DNA of 64,000 nucleotides from Bacteroidia bacterium (GTDB lineage Bacteria; Bacteroidota; Bacteroidia; UBA8524): NCBI GenBank assembly GCA_035906255.1, contig JAMIFM010000020.1, positions 3,917 to 67,916 of the forward strand, read 5' to 3'. Shown piece by piece: positions 55,149 to 64,000 of this stretch (position 1 is its first letter; each line of letters starts with the position of its first letter). The notes under the pieces were generated by a model. It saw only the letters and a program-made list of their open reading frames with translations, ran no database searches and was not told where the DNA came from. The position numbers and the translations under genes were made by a program.

Positions 55149-58100
55149 TTATTGATTTGTTTTCATAAACTTAAATACCGACAATTGGCCGTTTTCATCC
55201 ATTAGTTTAATCATGTAAACTCCTTCGGCCATATTTGAAACATTGATAAAGGCTGCACCTGTTTGTAATGTACCTGTTGATACCTGACGGCCATTAATAT
55301 CAATAACCGTATAGGTAGCTGTGCCCTGCAAGCCTTCGATGTTCAGCACGTCGTTGGCAGGGTTAGGATACACTGCATATTTTATGCTGTTTTCTTTAAC
55401 CGATGAGGCTTTAGAATCAGGGAAGCTGCTGGTTGGATCGTAAGTACAATCGCCATATTGCGAGGGGCTATATATAAGGGATAGATTGCTATACACTGTG
55501 CCGATATTAACAACCGCACCATTTAGAATTACCGGATTATTAAGAGTACTTACATTAGGCATTGTAACTGAATAATAGTATATCATAGGTACGTCAACCA
55601 AAATGTCCCACTCGCTTATACCTCCGGGGTTAAATACATTTGCAGGATCTTGCCCCATGTAATGATCCATTACCAAACCGCTGGTGGTGAAACTGTAAAT
55701 ATTGTTATCAAACGTGTTGCAAGACACCAGCACAAACTGGTAGGTATTGCCGGGTAACAAATCGTTTTGAGAAGGAGAAGGACAAACAAAGGGGTTCATT
55801 TTCGGGCTGATTATTACCCCGTAGGTATTGTTTGCAAACAGGTTTTCAGAAATTACACAGGGAGGAGGGGTTGTTTGATAACCGGGTGCAAAATCATCAA
55901 TGTATGATTCAACTCCATACGAACACGAGTTGAATATGTTACCCCATACAAAATAAGGCAGTGATTTCTCTATTAATATACCCCTTACCGAATTAAACTC
56001 ATTACCGTTGGCAATAGTTACTTTGAAGCTGTTTTTCACTTCAATTGCCCTGTTTTCCATACCGGTAAACGTATTGTAATTGTTAATTTCAATATGGTTA
56101 CTGTTATATACGCCAATGGCTATATTCACCTCATACCCGTTAAAATCATTGCCGTTCACTACTTTTATACTACCTGAGCCGTTGGTGATATAAACACCTG
56201 TACCCATCCAACCGCTAAAGCTATTGTCTTCCATATTGGTTTTAAGGGTCTCGTCTATATAAATACTCCGCATATCTGCAAGCCCGGCAAAGGCATTGGC
56301 TACCCCTGTAAAAGTATTTGATGATATATCATCCGTGACAACGTTGTTGCGTATATCAATGTAATGATTAGAAGTTTGGTAGTTATATGCAGCATCAGAC
56401 TCAGTAAGGTCACAATAAGGCTGAGCCACATACATATTACTAAAACTGCTGTTTTGAATTAATGCGCCGTTAGATGTGAAGTTGGTAAGGGCAATACTCA
56501 CTTTATTATTTATGAAAGAGGTTATATTAACACGCACAACAGCAGCATCAGCAAATATGGCTACAATAGCATCCTTAATTGTTGAAGACATATCTGTTAC
56601 TATCATACCGTCGCGCATTACTTCTATACCCTTCCACTGCTGGCAACTAAACAAGGTTGAGCGTTCGATATTAAGACGTGCACCCGGCTCAACCACAATT
56701 TTTGAGCATGGCCGCATCAGTATGCTTGAATTTCTGATAGTAAGCATAGCACCCGACATAACTCTAATTTCTCCTTCAAAAATCTCATTTACCCCATTAA
56801 TAACAGTTGAACCGTAAAATTTATGGTTTCGGGGGTAATTCATTTTATGCCCTTGTGTACAATCTTCGCCCACAAATATGGCGTTGGATATGTAGCGGCG
56901 TGAGGGGCAGTTTACATCATACCCTTCAACATGATATAAGCCTTTTGCAGTAGGCACATAGTTTGTACCCCCTACCAGCAAAGGAACACCGTTTAAATAC
57001 CAGCTATAACCGCTGTATAACGCTGAAACGGCAGGATCAACTTTAAGATTCGCAGCGGGAACATTAGGGCCGCCTGTGTTTACGATACGCAAATACTCAG
57101 GCGACAGATAGGTTATATAACTTTCTTCGGATGTACCGCTCAGGTTAGTTAAACCTATTTGGGTACTGTTTTCAAACTTACCCGTTACATAAGTGTTGTT
57201 TGAACCGATAAAATTATCCATACCGCCAACCGTTTCGTTGCCGCTTTCTCCGGCACGCCACAATCCTTGTACGTTGCCGTTGTTTTCATTCAGCTGCGAT
57301 ACATAAATATCAGTACCGCCTGCACTGGTAGCCGATAATGGAGTGGTGCCGTTAAAAGTGGTTACACCTGTAAAAGTCCCCCCGATTTTAAAGGTAGCAC
57401 TGCCACTTTTGAAATCGTGACGAACTGAGGTTACTTTTTCTTGTGAGCCTGTGGTGTTGGTTAGTTTAACAACACGGTTTGGCGACCACAGGAAGATTCC
57501 GTTGGGGTTAAATGCGGTAGTATAAACATCATTATTGCCTGTTGCTGAAGGTGAAATAGAAACTGTTGAAGGGGCATTATCGGTAACATTCACCTGATAA
57601 TCAAAATTTCCGGCTACGTATAGTTTGTAATCAAAATAATCAAAATCTATATAAGCATTTATACCGCTCACTGCCACCGGATTTACTACAATCATTTCAT
57701 TTACCCATGCCCATGTATGGACACCTGCTTGCGGGCTTGAATTGATACGACCTACATACGCGGCACTGCCTCCAAAACTGGTGAGCATTGTGGTATAGGC
57801 TACCGGAGTGCCTATGCCGTTGTAGGGTTGATAAGCTATGGCATTACCGCCCCCTTGGGCATACTGGCCTGACACATAAATATCGGCAGATTGCCCACCT
57901 TCACGACAAGCAATATCAAGACCTACATCGTTTTGCGGGCCTCCGATTTTTGAAACCCAAGCTGTATTAAAATACGTTCCTGATACGGAGCTATGAACAC
58001 GAAGTACAAATGCATCATAACCACCATTACTTGTAAGTATTACGGGACTGCTTTGGCCGTTAAAACCAAAAACGGTTGTGCCACAATACCTGCCCGTTAC

Positions 58101-58700
58101 TACTACTCCGCCTGATGCAATACCATAAACGGCCGTACCTGTTTCCTGACATTCGCCCCCACTTCCGTATGTTTTTTGCCAAAACAGGTTACCATTTTGG
58201 TTGTAGTGGGCTACGAAAATATCATTGCCTTGCCCAGTATTGGCCGGAATTGTTATCGACGTTCCTGATTTTCCACCAAAAGTTACTGCCACACTGCTGT
58301 TTACTGAACCGGTGATATAAACCCCGCCCCCTGAAGTGGATATGGCTACTTTGTTTAAATCGGTATTGTCTTTTAATGTTCCGCCGATTGAGTTGGCCCA
58401 CAAAACAGAGCCATCACAGGCATATTTAACAAGGTAAATATCTTCATCGCCTGCACTGGTAAGGGTGGTGGTACCAAAGGTTATTGTACCAGTAAAAAAA
58501 CCTGCTGCATAAAAATTAGAAGAACCCCACTCTTGGGCTATGCTGCTGCCCCTATCGGTATTGGGTGCAGCGGTGGGAGATTGTGCCCACAAAAAGGCTT
58601 CGGGGTTTTGCTGCCCAAAAACAGCCCCTTTTGCAATTAATAAAAACAAGAATAAAAACGCTGATAATAAACGCTGTTTGAATACTGACAGTACATTCAT
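55149..58700 (-). CDS. Large secreted protein with SBBP-type repeats and parallel beta-helix repeats, T9SS C-terminal sorting domain
   Basis: 1183 aa. Signal peptide. Reiterated GG.VY.TG / DIFV..Y.NG repeats at the N-terminus, a central region of ~22-aa beta-helix coils (N..V..N.F..) and C-terminal VYPNPANDVLNIEG...GVYMIKLMDENGQLSVFKFMKTNQ. Confidence 0.8.
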   Translation of the reverse strand: MNVLSVFKQRLLSAFLFLFLLIAKGAVFGQQNPEAFLWAQSPTAAPNTDRGSSIAQEWGSSNFYAAGFFTGTITFGTTTLTSAGDEDIYLVKYACDGSVLWANSIGGTLKDNTDLNKVAISTSGGGVYITGSVNSSVAVTFGGKSGTSITIPANTGQGNDIFVAHYNQNGNLFWQKTYGSGGECQETGTAVYGIASGGVVVTGRYCGTTVFGFNGQSSPVILTSNGGYDAFVLRVHSSVSGTYFNTAWVSKIGGPQNDVGLDIACREGGQSADIYVSGQYAQGGGNAIAYQPYNGIGTPVAYTTMLTSFGGSAAYVGRINSSPQAGVHTWAWVNEMIVVNPVAVSGINAYIDFDYFDYKLYVAGNFDYQVNVTDNAPSTVSISPSATGNNDVYTTAFNPNGIFLWSPNRVVKLTNTTGSQEKVTSVRHDFKSGSATFKIGGTFTGVTTFNGTTPLSATSAGGTDIYVSQLNENNGNVQGLWRAGESGNETVGGMDNFIGSNNTYVTGKFENSTQIGLTNLSGTSEESYITYLSPEYLRIVNTGGPNVPAANLKVDPAVSALYSGYSWYLNGVPLLVGGTNYVPTAKGLYHVEGYDVNCPSRRYISNAIFVGEDCTQGHKMNYPRNHKFYGSTVINGVNEIFEGEIRVMSGAMLTIRNSSILMRPCSKIVVEPGARLNIERSTLFSCQQWKGIEVMRDGMIVTDMSSTIKDAIVAIFADAAVVRVNITSFINNKVSIALTNFTSNGALIQNSSFSNMYVAQPYCDLTESDAAYNYQTSNHYIDIRNNVVTDDISSNTFTGVANAFAGLADMRSIYIDETLKTNMEDNSFSGWMGTGVYITNGSGSIKVVNGNDFNGYEVNIAIGVYNSNHIEINNYNTFTGMENRAIEVKNSFKVTIANGNEFNSVRGILIEKSLPYFVWGNIFNSCSYGVESYIDDFAPGYQTTPPPCVISENLFANNTYGVIISPKMNPFVCPSPSQNDLLPGNTYQFVLVSCNTFDNNIYSFTTSGLVMDHYMGQDPANVFNPGGISEWDILVDVPMIYYYSVTMPNVSTLNNPVILNGAVVNIGTVYSNLSLIYSPSQYGDCTYDPTSSFPDSKASSVKENSIKYAVYPNPANDVLNIEGLQGTATYTVIDINGRQVSTGTLQTGAAFINVSNMAEGVYMIKLMDENGQLSVFKFMKTNQ

Positions 58701-58834
58701 AAATTAATAAAATTAGGTAATGTGTTTAGGTTTAAAACACTACTAAGGTTTCACATTACTTTAATTTTAAAAACCTGAAAGGAACAAGCGTATGCTTTTG
58801 AATGACAGTTGTACCCGTTTTTTGAACAACCGTT

Positions 58835-59593
58835 TTAGCCTATTTGCAGATTTCTTAAAAAATCATCGCGACGGCGCACTGATATTTCAACCGTGCTACC
58901 ATCGTCCATTACCGCATACCCCCCTTTTCCCTTTAAGTACTTACTAATGCGAGAGAGGTTTACTATATAGGATTGATGTACCCTGAAAAAACCAAAGTCT
59001 TCAAGCAGTTCTTCGTATTCTTTCAGTGTTTTGCTTACCGTCACCTTTTTACCGTTGTTCATGTAAAACGTGGTGTAGTTTTTTTCTCCCTCCAGTTTAA
59101 TAATTTCTGAAAGTGTGGCAAAGTATATCTCTCTTGCCGATGGCAGAGCAATTTTCTGGTTGGTTTTATTATCTGCATTTGTATTGTGCATTAATACCTC
59201 CAACCGTTTTTTGGTAAAACCCGCTGTTTTTTGCAAATATCTGTTCACCGCACCTTCCAATTCAGTAGGGTCAATAGGTTTCAACAAATAATCAAGCGCC
59301 GAAAACTTAATGGCCTTTAAAGCATATTCGTCATGTGCGGTAATAAACACAGCATTAAAGACAGGTTTGTCAAATTTTTCAAGCAGGCTGAAAGAATTAT
59401 CGTCTGTAAGCTCCACATCTAAAAAAACCAACTGCGGTTCTGTTTGTGCAATTATTTCATAAGCATTTGCCACACTACCAGCCTCACCTACAATTTCTAT
59501 GTTTTTTCCCATATCCTTCAACATAAATTTAAGGCTCTCGCGGGTACTTAACTGGTCTTCAACAATCACTACTCGTATACTATCCGTTTGCAT
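58835..59593 (-). CDS. LytTR-family two-component response regulator
   Basis: 252 aa. Receiver domain (VVIVEDQ...LDVELTD) and C-terminal LytTR DNA-binding domain. Confidence 0.9.
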   Translation of the reverse strand: MQTDSIRVVIVEDQLSTRESLKFMLKDMGKNIEIVGEAGSVANAYEIIAQTEPQLVFLDVELTDDNSFSLLEKFDKPVFNAVFITAHDEYALKAIKFSALDYLLKPIDPTELEGAVNRYLQKTAGFTKKRLEVLMHNTNADNKTNQKIALPSAREIYFATLSEIIKLEGEKNYTTFYMNNGKKVTVSKTLKEYEELLEDFGFFRVHQSYIVNLSRISKYLKGKGGYAVMDDGSTVEISVRRRDDFLRNLQIG

Positions 59594-62501
59594 AAGGAAT
59601 TTTGATTAGTACTTGGGTACCTGCTGGTACTTGGTTATTAAATAAGTCATTTATCTGCACACTTGCCCCGTTTAGCCCATAATTGGCAAACAGCATTTCT
59701 AAACGTTCAACCGTTTGGTTTATACCCGTTGATTTATGTTTGGCTTTTAGCTGCCCCGTTTTGTATGCAGCCATACGCCCTATTCCGTTATCTGCCACTT
59801 CTATATGCAGATGCTCCATTGATTTTGTGACCACAAATTGTATTTTCCCCTCTCCCCTCGGACCTATACCGTGCTTTATTGCATTTTCAATAAACGGCTG
59901 AACCACCATCGGTGGTATCAGCACCCGTTCAGTATCAATACTGCTGTCTATTTGTTGCACAAACTCTAATTTCCCGTCAAACCGCGCCTTTTCAAGTTCT
60001 ACATAAAGATTAAGCATCTCTGTATCTTCTTGTAGGGTAATAAAATTATGTTTACTGTAATCTAATGCACTGCGCATCAGCTTTGAGAACTTAGAAAGGT
60101 ATGTAACTGCCAGTTTATTTTGTTTTGTGATAATAAAATCCTGAATAGATTGCAGTGTATTAAATATAAAATGGGGGTTCATTTGCAACCTCAGTGCTTT
60201 TAGCTGCGCTTCAATCAACCCTTTTTGCAGGCTTGCCTCATGCCTTATCGTATTAAGCCGGTATCTTACGCCTGCATATACCATTGCTGAAACCACCGCC
60301 ACTATCAACAACCAAAACCAAACAGTTTGCCAATACGGTTTTTTTATAACGAAAATTAATTGCCGCTCATGTATGCTTTCGTCACCAAATATGTTTGCTG
60401 CCTTTATCCTGAAAACATATTTACCGGGTGGCAGCAATGAGTATTTAATATTGCTTGACAACGAATATTCCCACCCTGTATCCAATGGTTCTAACTTGTA
60501 TTTATATCTTGTTTTGCCCCAATTGTATGTACTTATATCGGCATTTATATTAAAGTAATTGTTTTTATACCCTACTTCAATTGCATTTGTTGATTCAAAA
60601 GTTCCGCTTACATCGCCAATTGTTACCCTCTCTATAAGTACTTTGGGGTTTATATTTTTTAATTTATATAATGATTGATAGATAACTGAAATACCTTTTC
60701 TGGTAGCAAAATACACACACTTCCCATTATCAATTAAATCATTTACATCATTGGAAATCAAAGAATTATTAACCGTATAATGATATATTTTGCTTTGCAA
60801 ACCCTTTTGAGTAATACTAAATTTATACGCCCCGTTACTTGTGGCCAACCATAAAACCGAATCTCCTTTAACTGTAAGTGTTCTGATATGGGTATCCGCA
60901 GGGCCATCCAACACATATTTCTTTAACGTACCGTTATGTAAAAAATAAAATATATTTGATGGTGTAGCTGCCCACAATGCTCCGTTGGCGTTAACATGAA
61001 GGCTTATTACAGGCATTTTGCACAAAGAATGCACACCCGCAAGCTTTGTTGTTACTCCCGCCGATGTAATTTTAATTAACCCTTGCCTCTCACACCCAAT
61101 CCAAATGTTACCCGCCTTATCTCTGCCAAAAGACTTTGGGAAATAGGATTCTGTACCTCTTGCAAAACTAATCATCCGCTTTTTCTTACCCTCTACAAAA
61201 TAACCAACTCCTTCAAGGCTAATAAAAAACGAAGTATCATTTTGCTTAAGTAAAAAGTTTATTTCTGTATAAGGATTCTCCGGCTTAATTTTTTTACTCC
61301 GTACATTAAAAACTCCCGTTTTTCTTTGGCTTTTTAATAAAATCTCATCTGCATCCAATCTGCCCAAAAAAAACACATTTGACATACTGTTTACGGGGTC
61401 TCTAAACTCTTCGGACATACTATTTTCGGTGTACCTATAAATTACCCCTTCAAGGTTTATAGCCCACCCTCCACCTTCGCCGTCATCCACCATTCTTATC
61501 ATGTTATCATTACCGGGCTCGCCGGTTTTGTTTATATGCCTTGCCCCCTCTGAAAACACTTTTATCAACCCCCACGGCGCAGCCATCCATATATTGTCTT
61601 CGTTGTCCTTTATTATGGTAAATACATTTTTGTTAGTAAAAAACCTCTTGGCTGTTTTTATATTCAAGTTGCTATCATACTTCACAACTCCTTTTTTTGA
61701 CGGCATCCATATATCCCCATTAGCATCCTCATAAATATTAAATATTTCATTATCCACACCATCATTTTGCGTTGGGCTTATTAACTGTTTCAACCTTAAA
61801 TTTTTATGCACCTCAAAAACACCTGTTGAAGTGGTTAGTAACAACCTGCCGTTGCGCAACATGGCCAAACGCGGATAATACGATTGCCATGAGTTGTTTG
61901 AAAACTCATTCAACTGCCCCGTACGCCCCGTTTTGGTATCCAACCACAGCATCCTTTCATCAGCCAGCACCCAAAAAAAACCCGGGGTATGCTCTATAAA
62001 ACAAGATGCGTTAATGGTTGGTACAGAAAAACGCTTAGTTTTCCCGTTTGGATATTGGATAATAATTGTGCCTTGCCGGGTTATAAAGCACATATTACCT
62101 TGCCAATCCTCAGTTATCCATGATACAGGTTCAAAACCCACCGTATCAATAAAACCGGGAACAACAAACGTTTTACCATCGTAATAACAGGCCTTTCCGT
62201 TAAACGGTATAAACCACAAAACATTCTTACGGTTTTTATAAATATGAAAACCGCCACGGTCGGGAAACCCATTTGATATTCCAAAGTTTGTAAACGATTC
62301 CCCATTATAACGTGTTACCCCATAATCGGTAATAGCCCATATATATCCCAACGTATCCTGCGCAACGCAAAGGGTATAGGTAAAAGGCATTCCATCTTCA
62401 GAAGTATAAATGGTATGTGTTAAATTTTGCGACAATGCCGTTGTTTGAAATAACACCATAACCAGTACTGCAATGCAATATTTATTGACATGATACGCCA
62501 T
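59580..62501 (-). CDS. Sensor histidine kinase with periplasmic beta-propeller/Y_Y_Y sensor region and LytS-type kinase core
   Basis: Start set at MAYHVNKYCIAVLVMVLFQTTALSQ (62501). About 700-aa periplasmic repeat region, one TM (WFWLLIVAVVSAMVYAGV), His_kinase (LQMNPHFIFNTLQSI) and HATPase_c. Overlaps the response-regulator gene by 14 bp. Confidence 0.85.
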   Translation of the reverse strand: MAYHVNKYCIAVLVMVLFQTTALSQNLTHTIYTSEDGMPFTYTLCVAQDTLGYIWAITDYGVTRYNGESFTNFGISNGFPDRGGFHIYKNRKNVLWFIPFNGKACYYDGKTFVVPGFIDTVGFEPVSWITEDWQGNMCFITRQGTIIIQYPNGKTKRFSVPTINASCFIEHTPGFFWVLADERMLWLDTKTGRTGQLNEFSNNSWQSYYPRLAMLRNGRLLLTTSTGVFEVHKNLRLKQLISPTQNDGVDNEIFNIYEDANGDIWMPSKKGVVKYDSNLNIKTAKRFFTNKNVFTIIKDNEDNIWMAAPWGLIKVFSEGARHINKTGEPGNDNMIRMVDDGEGGGWAINLEGVIYRYTENSMSEEFRDPVNSMSNVFFLGRLDADEILLKSQRKTGVFNVRSKKIKPENPYTEINFLLKQNDTSFFISLEGVGYFVEGKKKRMISFARGTESYFPKSFGRDKAGNIWIGCERQGLIKITSAGVTTKLAGVHSLCKMPVISLHVNANGALWAATPSNIFYFLHNGTLKKYVLDGPADTHIRTLTVKGDSVLWLATSNGAYKFSITQKGLQSKIYHYTVNNSLISNDVNDLIDNGKCVYFATRKGISVIYQSLYKLKNINPKVLIERVTIGDVSGTFESTNAIEVGYKNNYFNINADISTYNWGKTRYKYKLEPLDTGWEYSLSSNIKYSLLPPGKYVFRIKAANIFGDESIHERQLIFVIKKPYWQTVWFWLLIVAVVSAMVYAGVRYRLNTIRHEASLQKGLIEAQLKALRLQMNPHFIFNTLQSIQDFIITKQNKLAVTYLSKFSKLMRSALDYSKHNFITLQEDTEMLNLYVELEKARFDGKLEFVQQIDSSIDTERVLIPPMVVQPFIENAIKHGIGPRGEGKIQFVVTKSMEHLHIEVADNGIGRMAAYKTGQLKAKHKSTGINQTVERLEMLFANYGLNGASVQINDLFNNQVPAGTQVLIKIPYANG

Positions 62502-62690
62502 ATTTATCAGATGTGTAATAGGTTGCTTTTGTTGCTGCAAAAAATTGATATCATAACGTAAAAACACGGAATGTAAGTTTAACTCTCTCCAATATCCGAA
62601 GCTATTGCCAAGATTAATCATAATAAAGCAACAAACGGGGTTGTTTTTAGGTCACTACTGATAACGGTTTCATACCCAACGTAAAAAAAC

Positions 62691-62698
62691 TACCTTTG
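62691..62698 (+). promoter_or_regulatory. -7 promoter box TACCTTTG for rpe
   Basis: Ends 5 nt before the ATG at 62704, predicting a leaderless mRNA. Confidence 0.45.
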
Positions 62699-62703
62699 CC
62701 CGC

Positions 62704-63360
62704 ATGAGTTTTTTATTGGCCCCTTCTGTACTTTCAGCCGATTTTGGCAATCTGCAACGCGATATTGAAATGATAAACCGTAGCAAAGCGGACTGGTTTC
62801 ATGTGGATATTATGGACGGTGTTTTTGTTCCCAACATTTCGTTTGGGTTCCCCGTCGTTAAAGTAATAAAAAAATATGCCCAAAAACCTTTGGATGTACA
62901 CTTGATGATTACCAAAGCCGAACGGTATGTGAAAGAATTTAAAGAAGCGGGTGCCGATATACTTAGTGTGCATTACGAAGAAGCTGTGCATTTGCACCGC
63001 ACTGTATATGCAATAAAAGGCGAAGGAATGAAAGCCGGCATCGTGCTTAATCCTCACACACCTGTGAATGTATTGGAAGACATTGTGGCCGATGTTGACT
63101 TAGTTTTGCTAATGAGCGTGAACCCCGGTTTTGGTGGCCAAAAGTTTATTGAAAATACGTATGCAAAAATCAGCACATTGAAGGAGATGATATTGCGCAA
63201 AAATTCACAGGCGGTGATTGAGATTGACGGCGGGGTGAATTTGGATAATACTGCCGCTTTGGTAAAAGCCGGAGCAGATGTATTGGTGGCGGGCAATGCT
63301 GTTTTTGCAACACCCGACCCACTGCAAACAATAGAACAATTTAAAAACATAACAATTTAA
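62704..63360 (+). CDS. rpe: Ribulose-phosphate 3-epimerase
   Basis: 218 aa. Motifs SVLSADF, HVDIMDG and MSVNPGFGGQ. Confidence 0.95.
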   Translation: MSFLLAPSVLSADFGNLQRDIEMINRSKADWFHVDIMDGVFVPNISFGFPVVKVIKKYAQKPLDVHLMITKAERYVKEFKEAGADILSVHYEEAVHLHRTVYAIKGEGMKAGIVLNPHTPVNVLEDIVADVDLVLLMSVNPGFGGQKFIENTYAKISTLKEMILRKNSQAVIEIDGGVNLDNTAALVKAGADVLVAGNAVFATPDPLQTIEQFKNITI

Positions 63361-63390
63361 TACACCCCCTTGCCGTTTACAAGATTGCTG

Positions 63391-64000
63391 ATGCTGCGCT
63401 ATACCATATTAGTATTTATGTTGCTGGGGAGCATTGCCTTGTTTGGGCAAAAAACTGCCATTATCACAGGGATTGTTACCGATTCGCTCGGGCGCAGTGT
63501 TGAAGATGCAGGGGTAAATATTAAAGACAGTGATAAGGGTACTTTTACCACAAAAAACGGCAGCTATACCCTGCATATACCTGCAAACACTGAGGTTACA
63601 CTGATATTTAGTCATATTAGTGCCAAATCGGTGGTTAAAACCGTAGGGCCTTATGCACCTGATACTAAAAACAAGCTGAACATATCGCTTAGCTTTAAAT
63701 ATTTTGAGCTTGCCGAAACAGAGTTTGAATATGAACGCGACAGGGGCTTGCCGATTATCACCCTAAACCCAAGGGTATCTGGCCTTAACCCCAACGTATC
63801 GGGCAATTTTGAAAGCATTTTGCGCACCTTGCCCGGTGTAACTTCTAACAACGAATTAAGTTCTGCCTACAATGTTCGCGGGGGAAATTTTGACGAGAAC
63901 CTTGTGTATGTAAACGATATTGAGATTTACCGTCCTCAGATTGTACGCAGCGGCCAGCAAGAAGGGTTAAGTTTTATCAACCCTGATATGGTGGAAAGTG
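63391..64000 (+). CDS. TonB-dependent receptor, N-terminal part only (gene runs past the window end)
   Basis: ATG at 63391 with no stop in the window, so it is absent from the ORF track. Signal peptide MLRYTILVFMLLGSIALFGQ, CarboxypepD_reg-like domain (ITGIVTDSLGRSVEDAGVNI) and start of the plug domain (NDIEIYRPQIVRSGQQEGLSF). Confidence 0.75.
   Translation, partial: MLRYTILVFMLLGSIALFGQKTAIITGIVTDSLGRSVEDAGVNIKDSDKGTFTTKNGSYTLHIPANTEVTLIFSHISAKSVVKTVGPYAPDTKNKLNISLSFKYFELAETEFEYERDRGLPIITLNPRVSGLNPNVSGNFESILRTLPGVTSNNELSSAYNVRGGNFDENLVYVNDIEIYRPQIVRSGQQEGLSFINPDMVES

Noticed and set aside
1-64000. Search for tRNA, rRNA, tmRNA, RNase P or 6S RNA genes
   Set aside because: No GTTCGAATC-type T-arm motifs or rRNA-like conserved blocks were seen in any intergenic region. 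Intergenic spaces are short and are explained by promoters, terminators or the repeats described above. This cannot be fully excluded without covariance-model searches.

Overview
This is a densely coding 64-kb chromosomal segment that looks Bacteroidota-like. Three secreted proteins end in Por/T9SS C-terminal sorting domains, many promoters carry the TAnnTTTG -7 box, and the gene content and roughly 42-43% GC fit that assignment. About 60 protein-coding genes are supported, with two more partial genes at the window edges. I found no rRNA, tRNA, CRISPR array, integrase or transposase.

Housekeeping genes include chrA, hutU, gpmA, hbd, rpiB, tatC, yebC-like, crcB, der, ctpA-like, murQ, rny, zapA, pheT, bioY, obg, adk, hpt and rpe. 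Between them sit several accessory modules:

1. Zinc-starvation module (4.2-6.9 kb): a Fur-family regulator, a COG0523 GTPase and a His-rich lipoprotein. A palindrome with core TGCAAC-N3-GTTGCA sits next to the -7 box of four promoters, including a TonB-dependent receptor and a Tat-exported flavoprotein. This candidate regulon is the most interesting signal in the window.
2. Exported peptidase cluster (7-23 kb): an ECF sigma/anti-sigma pair beside an S8 and a C1 peptidase, and further on a C10 cysteine protease translationally coupled to a small lipoprotein.
3. UDG-superfamily gene plus a kptA/Tpt1 gene broken by an in-frame TGA, preceded by a structured tandem repeat of about 169 bp.
4. Unidirectional cluster (26.1-30.7 kb) of PSCyt1-like lipoproteins with C-x4-CH motifs, YceI, an outer-membrane beta-barrel, TlpA and a redoxin.
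5. DUF559 endonuclease islet (46.8-47.8 kb) bounded by 22-bp direct repeats, beside a gene combining a Q/N-rich heptad repeat array with a pentapeptide-repeat domain.
6. HlyD / FtsX-permease / TolC efflux operon next to a 1183-aa T9SS beta-helix protein and a LytTR two-component system.

Several promoters place the -7 box only 4-8 nt from the start codon, so those mRNAs may be leaderless. A short family of GAATGACA-containing repeats is scattered through intergenic regions.
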